Of a stretch of DNA of 64,000 nucleotides, positions 29,760-39,621 are shown in pieces (positions within the stretch are counted from its first letter, which is position 1; each line of letters begins with the position of its first letter). Source of the DNA: Clostridiaceae bacterium (GTDB lineage Bacteria > Bacillota > Clostridia > Saccharofermentanales > UBA5734); assembly GCA_034927345.1 (NCBI GenBank), contig JAYFQE010000002.1, positions 99,615-163,614 of the forward strand, given 5' to 3'. The notes under the pieces are model-generated. The model made no database searches, was not told where the DNA came from, and saw nothing but the letters and a program-made list of their open reading frames with translations. The position numbers were made by a program, and so were the translations under genes.

Positions 29760-29780
29760 AGAAACGAGACTGCAACAATA

Positions 29781-30629
29781 ATGGATAAAATGACAGTACA
29801 GGCTTTATGCGCCCGTTTTCAAATTAAGCCTTCCCATACGCTGGGCCAAAATTTTTTAACAGACAGCCGGGTGATCGAACAAATCATTAAAGCCGCCGAT
29901 ATCAGCAAGGATGATCTGGTTCTGGAGATCGGTCCTGGCTTGGGCGCGCTTACACATGACCTGGCCCGGCAGGCGGGACGGGTCATAGCCATTGAACTGG
30001 ACCGGTCGCTGATCATCCCGCTGCAGGACATTCTGGCCGAATTCACCGATACCTGCCAGGTGATCCAGGGCGACGCCCTGCAGGCTGATTTCGCTGCTTT
30101 AACTGTTGAATGGCCGGAAAAAATTAAAGTCATTGCCAATCTCCCATACTACATCACAACGCCGCTCATTGAAAAAGTGCTGCGGGAGTTGCCCGGCAGC
30201 CATCAGTTGATTTTTATGCTGCAGAAAGAGGCGGTTGAGCGTCTGCTCGCTTCACCGGGGACGAAAAGCTATAGCCCGCTGGCTATACTGGCCGCCAGTT
30301 TTGGCCAGGCCAAAAAAATTGCCGATGTTCCGGCTGCCTCGTTTTATCCTCAGCCGCATGTCGATTCCTGCGTTGTCAGTCTGGATGCAACCGGGCAGCT
30401 GCCGATTGTCAATTGGAGTGAATATAACCGCTTTTTGAACGCTTGCTTCGGACAACGCCGGAAGACTTTAGCGAACAGTTTACGTATAGCCGGTTATCCT
30501 GCAAATAGCTTGCAAAAATTACCGGGCATTTTAAGAACCATCGGCGCACCTGATGACGTTCGAGCGGAAAAACTCGACAAAAACCAGTTTTTCAACCTTT
30601 TTCAGCAAATTAAACAACAACAGAAGTAA
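29781..30629 (+). CDS. rsmA: 16S rRNA (adenine1518/1519-N6)-dimethyltransferase
   Basis: GQNFL motif, SAM-binding VLEIGPGLGALT, NLPYYITTP. Confidence 0.93.
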   Translation: MDKMTVQALCARFQIKPSHTLGQNFLTDSRVIEQIIKAADISKDDLVLEIGPGLGALTHDLARQAGRVIAIELDRSLIIPLQDILAEFTDTCQVIQGDALQADFAALTVEWPEKIKVIANLPYYITTPLIEKVLRELPGSHQLIFMLQKEAVERLLASPGTKSYSPLAILAASFGQAKKIADVPAASFYPQPHVDSCVVSLDATGQLPIVNWSEYNRFLNACFGQRRKTLANSLRIAGYPANSLQKLPGILRTIGAPDDVRAEKLDKNQFFNLFQQIKQQQK

Positions 30630-30823
30630 ATATTACATGAATTTTCATATTGAATTGTTAAATTGCGGCTTCACAAGTTGACCAATCCTGTGTTAAGATT
30701 ATCTTGGCACAATTTGGATCAACATTCATTTTGCTGTCACGACAAAATGCAAGATTGACATGTGAAACTTGCAAAATGCTATGAAACCAAACCTCAACAG
30801 AGGCATGAAAGGAAGGTATCAAC

Positions 30824-32581
30824 ATGAAATGTACCAATCAAACCGTCAACAAATGGGTTGAGGAGATGGCCTCTCTGACCAAACCCGATCAGATTGTCTG
30901 GATCGACGGTTCTGAAACAGAAAGAAAAAATCTTGAGCAGCAGGCTTTTGCTACCGGAGAATTGATAGAACTGGATCAGGAAGCTTTACCTGGCTGCGTT
31001 TATCATCGGACAGCAGAAAACGATGTGGCGCGCGTCGAAAACCGGACCTTTATCTGCACGAGCAAAAAAGAAGACGCCGGCCCGACCAATAACTGGATGG
31101 ATCCTAAAGACGCTTACGCCATGCTGACCAAATTGTTCGACGGATCGATGAAAGGTCGGACCATGTATGTCATTCCCTATATCATGGGCCCTGCCGGATC
31201 TCCCTTATCTAAAATAGGCGTGGAGCTGACCGACAGCATTTATGTTGTTCTCAATATGCGGATTATGACCCGCATGGGCAATATCGCTCTCCGCCAGTTA
31301 GGCGATAGTGACGAATGGGTGCGTTGCCTCCATTCCAAAGCTCAAATTGATCCTGAAAAGCGCTATATTGTTCAGTTCCCGGAAGATAACGCCATCTGGT
31401 CGGTCAACTCCGGCTACGGCGGCAATGTTCTTCTGGGCAAGAAGTGCTTTGCTCTGCGTATCGCCTCCTATCTGGCCAGAAAAGAAGGCTGGATGGCCGA
31501 ACATATGCTGATCCTCGGCATCGAGAATGTTAAGACCGGTGAAACCCAGTATGTAACCGGCGCTTTCCCGAGCGCCTGCGGCAAAACCAATCTGGCCATG
31601 CTGATTCCGCCGGCGTATGCTAAAGGCTATAAAGTTTATACGGTCGGCGACGACATAGCCTGGATGCGTCCCGGCAAGGACGGCCGCCTGTATGCGATCA
31701 ATCCGGAAGCCGGTTTCTTTGGCGTTGCGCCCGGCACCAGCATGAAATCCAATCCGAATGCCTTGCTGAGCACCAAGAGCGGAACAATCTTCACCAATGT
31801 CGCTCTGACCGACGATAAAAAAGTCTGGTGGGAAGGCATGGGCGTTCCTGCTCCGGCTCATATGACGGACTGGACCAATAAGGACTGGACTCCGAACAAC
31901 GGCGTCAAAGCAGCTCATCCTAATTCCCGTTTTACTGCTCCGGCTAAAAACTGCCCCTGCATTTCTCCGAAATGGGAAGAGCCGATGGGCGTGCCGATCT
32001 CTGCCATTTTGTTCGGCGGACGCCGCGCCCGCACCGCGCCGCTGGTATATCAGTCTTTCGATTGGGAACACGGCGTCTTTGTCGGATCTACCATGGCTTC
32101 CGAAACCACAGCCGCCGCATCCGGCGCTGTTGGTGTTGTGCGCCGCGATCCGATGGCCATGCTGCCGTTCTGCGGCTACAACATGGGCGACTATTTCCAG
32201 CACTGGCTGGACATGGGCGCGAAAATCGATCACAAGCCGCTCATTTTCAATGTTAACTGGTTCCGCACCGACAGCCAGGGCCATTTCATCTGGCCGGGCT
32301 ACGGCGACAATTTCCGCGTTTTGGAATGGATTCTCAAGCGCTGCAACAATCAGGTTGATGCCCGCAAAACGCCGATCGGTTACATCCCGTATGCCAAGGA
32401 TATCAATCTGGAAGGTCTGGACGACTTTACCGAAAAAGATATCGAAGGCCTCCTGAGCATCGAAAAGGATGTATGGGAAGAAGAGATTGCCGGCATGGAA
32501 ACCCACTTTGCCAAATTTGACCGTTTGCCGGCTAAACTGAGCGAACAGCTGAGCGCTTTGAAAGCCCGTTTCGAAGCCTGA
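30824..32581 (+). CDS. pckG: phosphoenolpyruvate carboxykinase (GTP)
   Basis: 585 aa. Kinase-1a loop GAFPSACGKTNLAML and a GDDIAWMR motif diagnostic of GTP-type PEPCK. Confidence 0.95.
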   Translation: MKCTNQTVNKWVEEMASLTKPDQIVWIDGSETERKNLEQQAFATGELIELDQEALPGCVYHRTAENDVARVENRTFICTSKKEDAGPTNNWMDPKDAYAMLTKLFDGSMKGRTMYVIPYIMGPAGSPLSKIGVELTDSIYVVLNMRIMTRMGNIALRQLGDSDEWVRCLHSKAQIDPEKRYIVQFPEDNAIWSVNSGYGGNVLLGKKCFALRIASYLARKEGWMAEHMLILGIENVKTGETQYVTGAFPSACGKTNLAMLIPPAYAKGYKVYTVGDDIAWMRPGKDGRLYAINPEAGFFGVAPGTSMKSNPNALLSTKSGTIFTNVALTDDKKVWWEGMGVPAPAHMTDWTNKDWTPNNGVKAAHPNSRFTAPAKNCPCISPKWEEPMGVPISAILFGGRRARTAPLVYQSFDWEHGVFVGSTMASETTAAASGAVGVVRRDPMAMLPFCGYNMGDYFQHWLDMGAKIDHKPLIFNVNWFRTDSQGHFIWPGYGDNFRVLEWILKRCNNQVDARKTPIGYIPYAKDINLEGLDDFTEKDIEGLLSIEKDVWEEEIAGMETHFAKFDRLPAKLSEQLSALKARFEA

Positions 32582-32611
32582 TTTAGCTGATCATTCCTGA
32601 TATCGAACGAG

Positions 32612-32656
32612 AGCCCGTTCATCCGGTTGAAAATGTGCCGGATGAACGGGCTTTTC
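32612..32656 (+). terminator. intrinsic terminator after pckG
   Basis: Perfect 15-bp stem AGCCCGTTCATCCGG / CCGGATGAACGGGCT with an 11-nt loop and a T-run. Confidence 0.75.
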
Positions 32657-32696
32657 CATATTTTTCTGATTCATCCGGCCGATGCCGACAATTCAT

Positions 32697-32725
32697 TTGC
32701 CGAAGTGATGAAACTGATTTATACT
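32697..32725 (+). promoter_or_regulatory. sigma-A type promoter upstream of zapA
   Basis: TTGCCG (32697-32702), 17-nt spacer, TATACT (32720-32725). Confidence 0.45.
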
Positions 32726-32794
32726 GATGAACAGAACCGGTGTGAACCGAATGACTGGCATCATGGCGCCGGATTGCATGCCGAATCGAGGTGG

Positions 32795-33427
32795 ATGTTT
32801 TTGTCTGATGAAATTAAAAAAATCAGTGTCAGGATCGGCGGCATGTCTTATCAGCTCGTTACAGCCGAAAACGATTTATATACAAGACAGATAGCCGCTA
32901 AAGCCGATGAAATGATTCATCGGGTCCTGCAAAATAGTCCTCAGCTCAGCGTAAATATGTGTACGGTGCTGGCGCTGGTCAATGCCGTGGATGAGATGAC
33001 CGGCCTTTATCAAAAGCTCAGTTCGATCGACGGCCAGAAAAACGAAACGGAAAAGCAGGCCGGTGAAGCCCGCAAAGAATTGATGCGGCTGCGTGAACAG
33101 AACTGGGAAATGAAGAAGGAGCTTTTGCGCCTGAATGATTTATGCAAAGAATACCAGGCTTTGATCAATAAATTGACTACGCCGGAAATCGCTGCCGATC
33201 AGACGGAACCAGCCGAAAACGAAATTACCCCGACTCCCATAGAGACAGCGGCCGCCGCGGCTGAAACCGCGCCGGAAACAACCGTGCCGGATACAACCGC
33301 GCCGGCAGAAAACCGGCCGGAAAATCCGCCGACGGTCAATCCGTCTTTGCGGCAAACCGATCTGGATGAATATCTGCGCGCCAATGGTTGGCCTCAGACT
33401 TTCGAGAATAGAAAACATGATTCTTAA
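32795..33427 (+). CDS. zapA: cell division protein ZapA with a long C-terminal extension
   Basis: ZapA core ISVRIGGMSYQLVTAENDLYTRQIAAKADEMI, followed by a coiled coil and a Pro/Thr/Ala/Glu-rich tail. The ORF-track start (32627) lies inside the pckG terminator loop, so the ATG at 32795 is used. Confidence 0.75.
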   Translation: MFLSDEIKKISVRIGGMSYQLVTAENDLYTRQIAAKADEMIHRVLQNSPQLSVNMCTVLALVNAVDEMTGLYQKLSSIDGQKNETEKQAGEARKELMRLREQNWEMKKELLRLNDLCKEYQALINKLTTPEIAADQTEPAENEITPTPIETAAAAAETAPETTVPDTTAPAENRPENPPTVNPSLRQTDLDEYLRANGWPQTFENRKHDS

Positions 33428-36092
33428 ACGATCTGAAGAAAGAGAAAACAATCCGGACGGACGGTTTATGCCCCCCCTGCCGGAACTTTTAGCGCCGGCC
33501 GGCGACCGGGCTTCTTTGCTGGCAGCCATAAAAAACGGCGCGAATGCGGTATATCTGGGCGCAAGCGCTTTTAACGCCCGTCAAAAGGCAGCTAATTTTG
33601 ATGAAGACCAGCTGGCACAGGCGATCGATCTGGCCCATCAGCATGCCGTGCGCGTCTATCTGACGCTTAATACGCTGATTGCCGATGACGAACTGGCCGA
33701 AGCCTGTTCCTTGGCCGCCCGGGTTTATGCCGCCGGCATTGATGCGATTATCATACAGGATGCCGGCCTGATCCGCTTGCTGCGCCAGAATCTGCCGGAC
33801 CTGCCGCTGTATGCCAGCACACAGATGACGATCGCCGATGCCGCCGGCATTGCCCAGGCTGTCCGGCTGGGTCTCAGGCGTGTAATTCTGGCGCGGGAAT
33901 TGTCAATTGAAGAAATCAGCCGCCTCAGCGAGCAGGCATCACATAATGGCCTGGAGACCGAGGTTTTTATCCATGGCGCGTTATGCGTCTGCCTATCCGG
34001 GCAATGTTTGTTCAGCAGCCTGAACGGCGGCCGCAGCGGCAACCGCGGCGCTTGCGCTCAGCCCTGCCGCCTGGCTTATCGCCTGTCGGGCGCGGCCGGC
34101 CGGACCGCTGCCAATACGACGCCATATCCCTGGCTCAGCCCGCATGATCTGGCATTATTCGCCGCGTTGCCGGCTTTGCGTCAGGCTGGCGTCGCATCCC
34201 TGAAAATAGAGGGCCGCATGCGGGGCGAAGCTTATGTCGGTCAGGTTGTATCCGTCTATCGCGACCTGTTGGATGCGCCGGCCGGATCGATAACGCCGGA
34301 ACGCCTGCTGCAGGCTCAAAGACATCTGCTTTTAGCCTTTAACCGCGGCAGTTCGTTTACCGACCGTTATTTGACCGGCAAGAACACTCCGGATTTTCTC
34401 TCCGGCGCTTATACCGGCAGCCATGGGGTGTATCTTGGCGAAATTATAGCGCTTGACAGCCGGCAAGGCTTTATCCGGGTGATCCTGCCGGCTGATTATC
34501 CGGCCGATCAGATCCCGGCCCGCGGCGACATCTTATCCGTCAGACGTCCGAATGCCGAGTCGGAAACCGCCAGTGCGCCGATCGGCACCATGGAACTGCG
34601 CGGCCGAGTGATCACCGTGCGCGGATTTCATCCGGATGTCATCAAACGCTTGCGGGAAGGCGATCCGGTATACCGCATGTCGGACCGGCTCTTTGAGCAG
34701 CAGGTTGACAAAGCCGACCGCGGAAAAACGGACCTGCGGCTGGATATCGCTCAGAATCCAGCAGGAACCATTATCCTGACGGCTGCCGTTGTCAATGGAC
34801 CGCAAGCCGGCATGAAACTGACGGCCGAGGAACCGGCGCAGACGGTTGAGCCGCTCGACCCTGAACGGGTCGGACAGCAGCTGGCTAAAACTGGTCAAAC
34901 CCCCTTTCATGTCCTGACGTTGGATGTAAAGCCGCCGATTCCTTTAACGATATCTGCCCTCAATGATCTGCGCCGTCGATTACTGCAGCATTTGGCCGGC
35001 GATATAGCCGGGCGTTGTCGCCGCGTTCCGCCGTTGATTCCGCCTGTGGCCGCGGCCGCGACTGCGGCGGCAGGGGCGCCGGGCGTATCCCTTCCGCGGC
35101 AGCCGGAGCAAAAAAACGGCGAAGCCAAAGTAAACGCCTATTTTTATACTTTACCGGATGATCCGGCGGAATTGCCCTGCGGAGCCGATCGTTATTATCT
35201 GCCGATCCTGGCTTTGACAGAAGCAAACGCGGCTCTGTACAGCCGGGCGATCGCCGCTCAGGAACCGGATAGTGAAGTCTTCGCCATCCTGCCGGCTGCG
35301 TTGTTTGGCGCCCAGCAAGAAGTCCTGACGCCATTATTGGCCGCTTTGCCCGATCTGGGCTTTAACGGGATATGTTCCGTTAAATCCGGTCCGGATATCT
35401 GGCGCGGCTTTAGGATCCCGACCCCGCAATGCTCCTGGGTGCTCGATACCGGAGCCAATATCTACAATTCTTCAGCATTACTGGACGCCTGCCGGCAGGG
35501 CGCGGCGGGCGTTTGTCCAGCGGTTGAGCTTCCGGCCGGCCGACTCAATGATCTCTTCCGCCGTGAGTATCCTGATCCGGCAGAATGGCCGACGCCGGTC
35601 GGCTTCGAGGTACCGATTTATGGACATCTGCGCATCATGACCAGCGCGTTCTGTCCGATCGGCCAGAATTTGCCCGGATGCCGGCGGTGCCACCGGCAAA
35701 CACCGGATCAGACACAGCCCGATCCCGGTTCGGTCTATAACCTGGAAGACCGGCATAAGAAAGCTTTTCCCCTGATCACACATCCCCGGTTCTGCTACAG
35801 CGAAATTCTGCAGCACGAATTGCTCTGCAATCCGTTCGGTCTGCAAAGTCTGCAGCACGAATCAAATCAGCCGGCGCCTTTTCAACTGCAGGCCAGGCTT
35901 TATTTTCACCAGGAAACTGCCCGGGAATGTCGCAGCTTGATTTCCGCCTGCCGTCTGGCGCTGAAGACAGCCGATGAACAATCCGCGCCGCTCACGGCCG
36001 GCCAAAGACGACAAAACGCCGAATCATTTATCGATACGGCCGCTGCGGCCGCCCGGCGGCTGAATCGTCCTGTCAGACAGGAAAATCCTTGA
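33417..36092 (+). CDS. U32 family peptidase (long form)
   Basis: PELLAPAGDRASLLAAIKNGANAVYLG N-terminal signature and the E..IHGALC motif (EVFIHGALCVCLSGQC). The start is uncertain: ATG 33417 overlaps the zapA stop, and ATG 33468 gives the more typical MPPLPELLAPAG. Confidence 0.85.
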   Translation: MILKRSEERENNPDGRFMPPLPELLAPAGDRASLLAAIKNGANAVYLGASAFNARQKAANFDEDQLAQAIDLAHQHAVRVYLTLNTLIADDELAEACSLAARVYAAGIDAIIIQDAGLIRLLRQNLPDLPLYASTQMTIADAAGIAQAVRLGLRRVILARELSIEEISRLSEQASHNGLETEVFIHGALCVCLSGQCLFSSLNGGRSGNRGACAQPCRLAYRLSGAAGRTAANTTPYPWLSPHDLALFAALPALRQAGVASLKIEGRMRGEAYVGQVVSVYRDLLDAPAGSITPERLLQAQRHLLLAFNRGSSFTDRYLTGKNTPDFLSGAYTGSHGVYLGEIIALDSRQGFIRVILPADYPADQIPARGDILSVRRPNAESETASAPIGTMELRGRVITVRGFHPDVIKRLREGDPVYRMSDRLFEQQVDKADRGKTDLRLDIAQNPAGTIILTAAVVNGPQAGMKLTAEEPAQTVEPLDPERVGQQLAKTGQTPFHVLTLDVKPPIPLTISALNDLRRRLLQHLAGDIAGRCRRVPPLIPPVAAAATAAAGAPGVSLPRQPEQKNGEAKVNAYFYTLPDDPAELPCGADRYYLPILALTEANAALYSRAIAAQEPDSEVFAILPAALFGAQQEVLTPLLAALPDLGFNGICSVKSGPDIWRGFRIPTPQCSWVLDTGANIYNSSALLDACRQGAAGVCPAVELPAGRLNDLFRREYPDPAEWPTPVGFEVPIYGHLRIMTSAFCPIGQNLPGCRRCHRQTPDQTQPDPGSVYNLEDRHKKAFPLITHPRFCYSEILQHELLCNPFGLQSLQHESNQPAPFQLQARLYFHQETARECRSLISACRLALKTADEQSAPLTAGQRRQNAESFIDTAAAAARRLNRPVRQENP

Positions 36093-36111
36093 CATAGGAG
36101 AAAAAGACTTC

Positions 36112-36867
36112 ATGAAGCAAATGGACTCTGAAAAACAGCCGAGTCGGGCAACACAGCCGGTCAAACCCGCTGAACGGCCGGATGCCGGAACCAAAACTAA
36201 TGAGGAAACCCGTCCGGACGAAACAACCGTCCTGATTCGCCTGGGACCGGCCGGCCGCCGGCCGCTGTACGCAACATCCGGTTCAGCCGGCTGCGATCTG
36301 TTTTCCGCCGATTCGCTGATCCTGCGCCCCGGCGAAACCCGGCTGCTGCCGCTGGATCTGGTCATGGCCCTGGAACCGGGCGTAGAAGCCCAGATAAGAC
36401 CGCGCAGCGGACTGTCGCTGCGAACCGCCCTGCGTTTGCCCAATACGCCGGGTACAATCGACAGCGATTACCGCTCGGAAGTTTGCGTTTTACTGCAGAA
36501 CACCTTCAACCAGGCCGATCTGCTGCTGCAGATGGCTGTCAATCCGCAGATTCTGATCGATCTCGTCACGAACGGCCGAAGAACAACACTGGCCGAATAC
36601 TGGCAAAGCCAAGGCATTGATCCGGAGATGCCCGGATCTGGTACGGACCAGATCCGAATGAGCCGGGAAATCGCACTGTGGCGCAGCCAGGCCTTATATT
36701 TAGATGAACAGGGCAATCCTTACGGAACACTCTATTTTCAGCCGGGGGAACGGATTGCGCAAATGGTTTTCAGCCGCTGCCTGAAAGCGCGGTTTGCCGA
36801 TCATCCCAGTCCGGAAACAGTCGGCGTCGACCGCGGCGGCGGTTTTGGCTCGACAGGTTCCCATTGA
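36112..36867 (+). CDS. dut: trimeric-type dUTP diphosphatase with N-terminal extension and a ~70-aa internal insertion
   Basis: All five dUTPase motifs are present: SAGCDL, RPRSG, GTIDSDYRSE, GERIAQ, DRGGGFGSTG. At 251 aa it is about 100 aa longer than canonical Dut. Confidence 0.85.
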   Translation: MKQMDSEKQPSRATQPVKPAERPDAGTKTNEETRPDETTVLIRLGPAGRRPLYATSGSAGCDLFSADSLILRPGETRLLPLDLVMALEPGVEAQIRPRSGLSLRTALRLPNTPGTIDSDYRSEVCVLLQNTFNQADLLLQMAVNPQILIDLVTNGRRTTLAEYWQSQGIDPEMPGSGTDQIRMSREIALWRSQALYLDEQGNPYGTLYFQPGERIAQMVFSRCLKARFADHPSPETVGVDRGGGFGSTGSH

Positions 36868-36882
36868 GAGAAAGCTGACACG

Positions 36883-37767
36883 ATGAAAGTATTAGTGACC
36901 GGTTCGACGGGATTTATCGGCAGAAATATAGTCGGACAGTTATCCCGCCAATACACGCTTTATACGCCCGGCCATGCCGAACTGGATCTTCTGAATCAGG
37001 AAGCTGTGTTGGCTTACGTTCAAAAAAACCAGATCGATATAATCGTCCACGGCGCCAATAAACCGGGACACCGCGCTGCCGGAGATACCCGCGATGTCGC
37101 TCTGCATAATCTGATGATGTTCACAAATCTTTATGAATGCTGCCGGCAGCTCCCGGTCCGCCGGCTGATCCTGTTGGGTTCCGGATCTGAATATGACATG
37201 AATCATTACCAGCCGCGTATGACCGAACAGTATTTTGGCCAGCATATTCCCAGGGATGAAACCGGATTTTCCAAATATCTATGCTCGCGCTTGATCGAAA
37301 ACGATCCGAGAATGGTGGACCTGCGTATTTTTGGCATTTTCGGACCTTATGAAAATTATGAAATCCGTTTTATATCCAACGCTATCTGCAAGGCAATCAA
37401 GGGACTGCCGATCACGATCAAACAAAACCGACGCTTTGATTATATCTGGATTGACGATGCCGTACGCATCCTGTGTTATTTTATTGAAAACGACGCCCCG
37501 CACAGAGCGTATAATATTACAACAGACGAAACAGTGACGTTGCTTTGGCTGGCCGAACGCGTCCGCGACATTTCCGGCGGAACAGTGCCGATCCACGTCG
37601 GCCAACCCGGCATGGGCCTGGAGTATTCCGGCGATAACGGGCGATTGAAGGCCTTGCTGCCATCGTTTCAATTTACTGAACTTATTGATAGTGTCCAGAT
37701 CTTATATGACTGGTATAATAATAGATCAGACATGATCGATATATCCTTGTTAATGGAAGATAAATGA
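36883..37767 (+). CDS. extended-SDR NAD(P)-dependent epimerase/reductase (candidate CDP-4-keto-sugar reductase, RfbJ/RfbS/YerF-like role)
   Basis: Rossmann motif VLVTGSTGFIGRN. 294 aa. First gene of the CDP-sugar operon. The role is inferred from context only. Confidence 0.7.
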   Translation: MKVLVTGSTGFIGRNIVGQLSRQYTLYTPGHAELDLLNQEAVLAYVQKNQIDIIVHGANKPGHRAAGDTRDVALHNLMMFTNLYECCRQLPVRRLILLGSGSEYDMNHYQPRMTEQYFGQHIPRDETGFSKYLCSRLIENDPRMVDLRIFGIFGPYENYEIRFISNAICKAIKGLPITIKQNRRFDYIWIDDAVRILCYFIENDAPHRAYNITTDETVTLLWLAERVRDISGGTVPIHVGQPGMGLEYSGDNGRLKALLPSFQFTELIDSVQILYDWYNNRSDMIDISLLMEDK

Positions 37768-37803
37768 AAAGATGACCAGGTGTCATGCGGGTAAGGAGCG
37801 AAG

Positions 37804-39618
37804 ATGAGCATTCGAGTAGCTGATTTTATTGCCAATACTCTGGTAGAACACGGAATCACGCAATTATTCATGATCACCGGCGGCGGCGCCATGCATCTTA
37901 ATGACGCCCTGGGCAAACATCCCGGCATATCCACGCTTTTCAATCACCATGAACAAGCCTGCGCCATAGCGGCCGAAGGATATGCCCGCGTGACCGGCGT
38001 CCCGGCGGCGGTCTGCGTGACCACCGGCCCCGGCGGAACCAACGCGATAACCGGCGTGCTGGGCGCCTGGCTGGACTCCATACCGATGATCGTCATCTCC
38101 GGCCAAGTCCGCTACGATACGACGGCCCGGTCGACCGGCTTGCCGCTGCGGGCTGTCGGCGACCAGGAGTTCGATATTACGAAAGCAACCGGTTGTATGA
38201 CAAAATACGCGGTGATGGTTGTCGATCCCCAAAGCATCAAATATCACCTGGAACGGGCTATTTTTCTCAGCACGGCCGGAAGGCCCGGCCCGGTGTGGCT
38301 GGATATCCCGCTTAATGTGCAGAGCAGTCTGATCGAACCGGCAGAACTGCCGGGATATGACTGGCATGAAGACGGAGGCGAAGTTCCGCCGCAGCCTTCG
38401 CAGAAGATCATCGCGGATGTCGTCGGACGGTTGAAACAGGCAAAACGCCCGGTCCTTTACCTGGGTTCGGCTATCCCGCAGAACCACCTGCAGGAAGCCG
38501 TCAAATCCCTGGCCAAACAATTGAAAATACCTGTCGTAACAGCCTGGAACGGTATTGACGCAATGGAGTCGGATAATCCTTATTATATCGGCAGGCCCGG
38601 TAATCTGGGTGACCGTCCCGGCAACTTTGCCGTGCAAAACAGCGATCTGATCCTCTCATTAGGCTGCCGGCTCTCAATCCGTCAGGTCGGCTTCAACTGG
38701 AAAGCCTGGGCTCGCTGCGCTTATAAAATCGTTGTCGATATCGATCCTGTCGAACTGAAAAAACCGACTGTTCAGCCGGATATGCCGATTCATGCCGATA
38801 TCCGCGATTTTATTCCTGCTTTGGCGAAAGCTCTGGCTGAAACCGATATCGGCGACAAATCCGACTGGCTGCAGTGGACGGTGGAGCGGAAGAACCGTTA
38901 CCCCGTCGTCTGCTGCGAATACTGGAATAAGCAAAAACCGGTCAATCCATATTGTTATACCGATTTGCTGACCCGATTGCTGCCGGCAGGCGAGATCGTG
39001 ATCACCGGCAACGGAACCAGCTGCGTCGTGACCAGTCATTGCGCCATTGTCAAGAAAGGCACGAGAGTGATCATCAATTCGGGCGCGGCATCCATGGGAT
39101 ATGATCTGCCGGCGGCGATCGGCGGCTGCCTCGGCAATCATAGAAAACCTGTCATCTGTCTCAGCGGCGACGGCAGTATCCAGATGAACATTCAGGAATT
39201 GCAAACGATCGTTCATCATCAGCTGCCCATCAAAATATTTGTTGTCAACAATCACGGTTATCATTCCATCCGCCAGACCCAGTCGAACTATTTCGGCCGG
39301 CCGCTGGTCGGCGTGGATGAAGAAAGCGGTATCTCATTTCCCGATCTCGGTAAACTTTGCGCCGCCTATGGCCTGGCATACCGAAAAATAGAGACCCATG
39401 AACATATGGAAAGCCAGCTGAACGAAGTGATCGCCCTGGACAAGCCGGTCCTTTGTGAAGTCATCGTTGACATCGATCAACCCTTCGCTCCTAAGTCGTC
39501 GGCCAAAAAACTTCCTGACGGACGGATGGTCTCGGCGCCGCTGGAAGAGCTGTGGCCTTTTCTGCCCGATGAAGAACTGATGGATAACATGCTGGTCGAA
39601 CCTTGCCGCGAGGAGTAG
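37804..39618 (+). CDS. thiamine-diphosphate-dependent enzyme of the acetolactate-synthase fold (YerE-like candidate)
   Basis: 604 aa. N-terminal Pyr domain (GGGAMHLNDAL...TTGPGGTNAITG) and C-terminal ThDP motif (GDGSIQMNIQEL...VVNNHGY). Embedded among CDP-dideoxyhexose genes rather than ilv genes. Confidence 0.85.
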   Translation: MSIRVADFIANTLVEHGITQLFMITGGGAMHLNDALGKHPGISTLFNHHEQACAIAAEGYARVTGVPAAVCVTTGPGGTNAITGVLGAWLDSIPMIVISGQVRYDTTARSTGLPLRAVGDQEFDITKATGCMTKYAVMVVDPQSIKYHLERAIFLSTAGRPGPVWLDIPLNVQSSLIEPAELPGYDWHEDGGEVPPQPSQKIIADVVGRLKQAKRPVLYLGSAIPQNHLQEAVKSLAKQLKIPVVTAWNGIDAMESDNPYYIGRPGNLGDRPGNFAVQNSDLILSLGCRLSIRQVGFNWKAWARCAYKIVVDIDPVELKKPTVQPDMPIHADIRDFIPALAKALAETDIGDKSDWLQWTVERKNRYPVVCCEYWNKQKPVNPYCYTDLLTRLLPAGEIVITGNGTSCVVTSHCAIVKKGTRVIINSGAASMGYDLPAAIGGCLGNHRKPVICLSGDGSIQMNIQELQTIVHHQLPIKIFVVNNHGYHSIRQTQSNYFGRPLVGVDEESGISFPDLGKLCAAYGLAYRKIETHEHMESQLNEVIALDKPVLCEVIVDIDQPFAPKSSAKKLPDGRMVSAPLEELWPFLPDEELMDNMLVEPCREE

Positions 39619-39621
39619 GAT

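Noticed and set aside
30630-30823. Possible CcpA cre site and a small inverted repeat (CATTTTG-N9-CAAAATG) upstream of pckG.
   Set aside because: No 14-mer fits the TGWAANCGNTNWCA cre consensus at the central CG. The 7-bp repeat is short and AT-rich, and candidate -35/-10 pairs have poor spacing.
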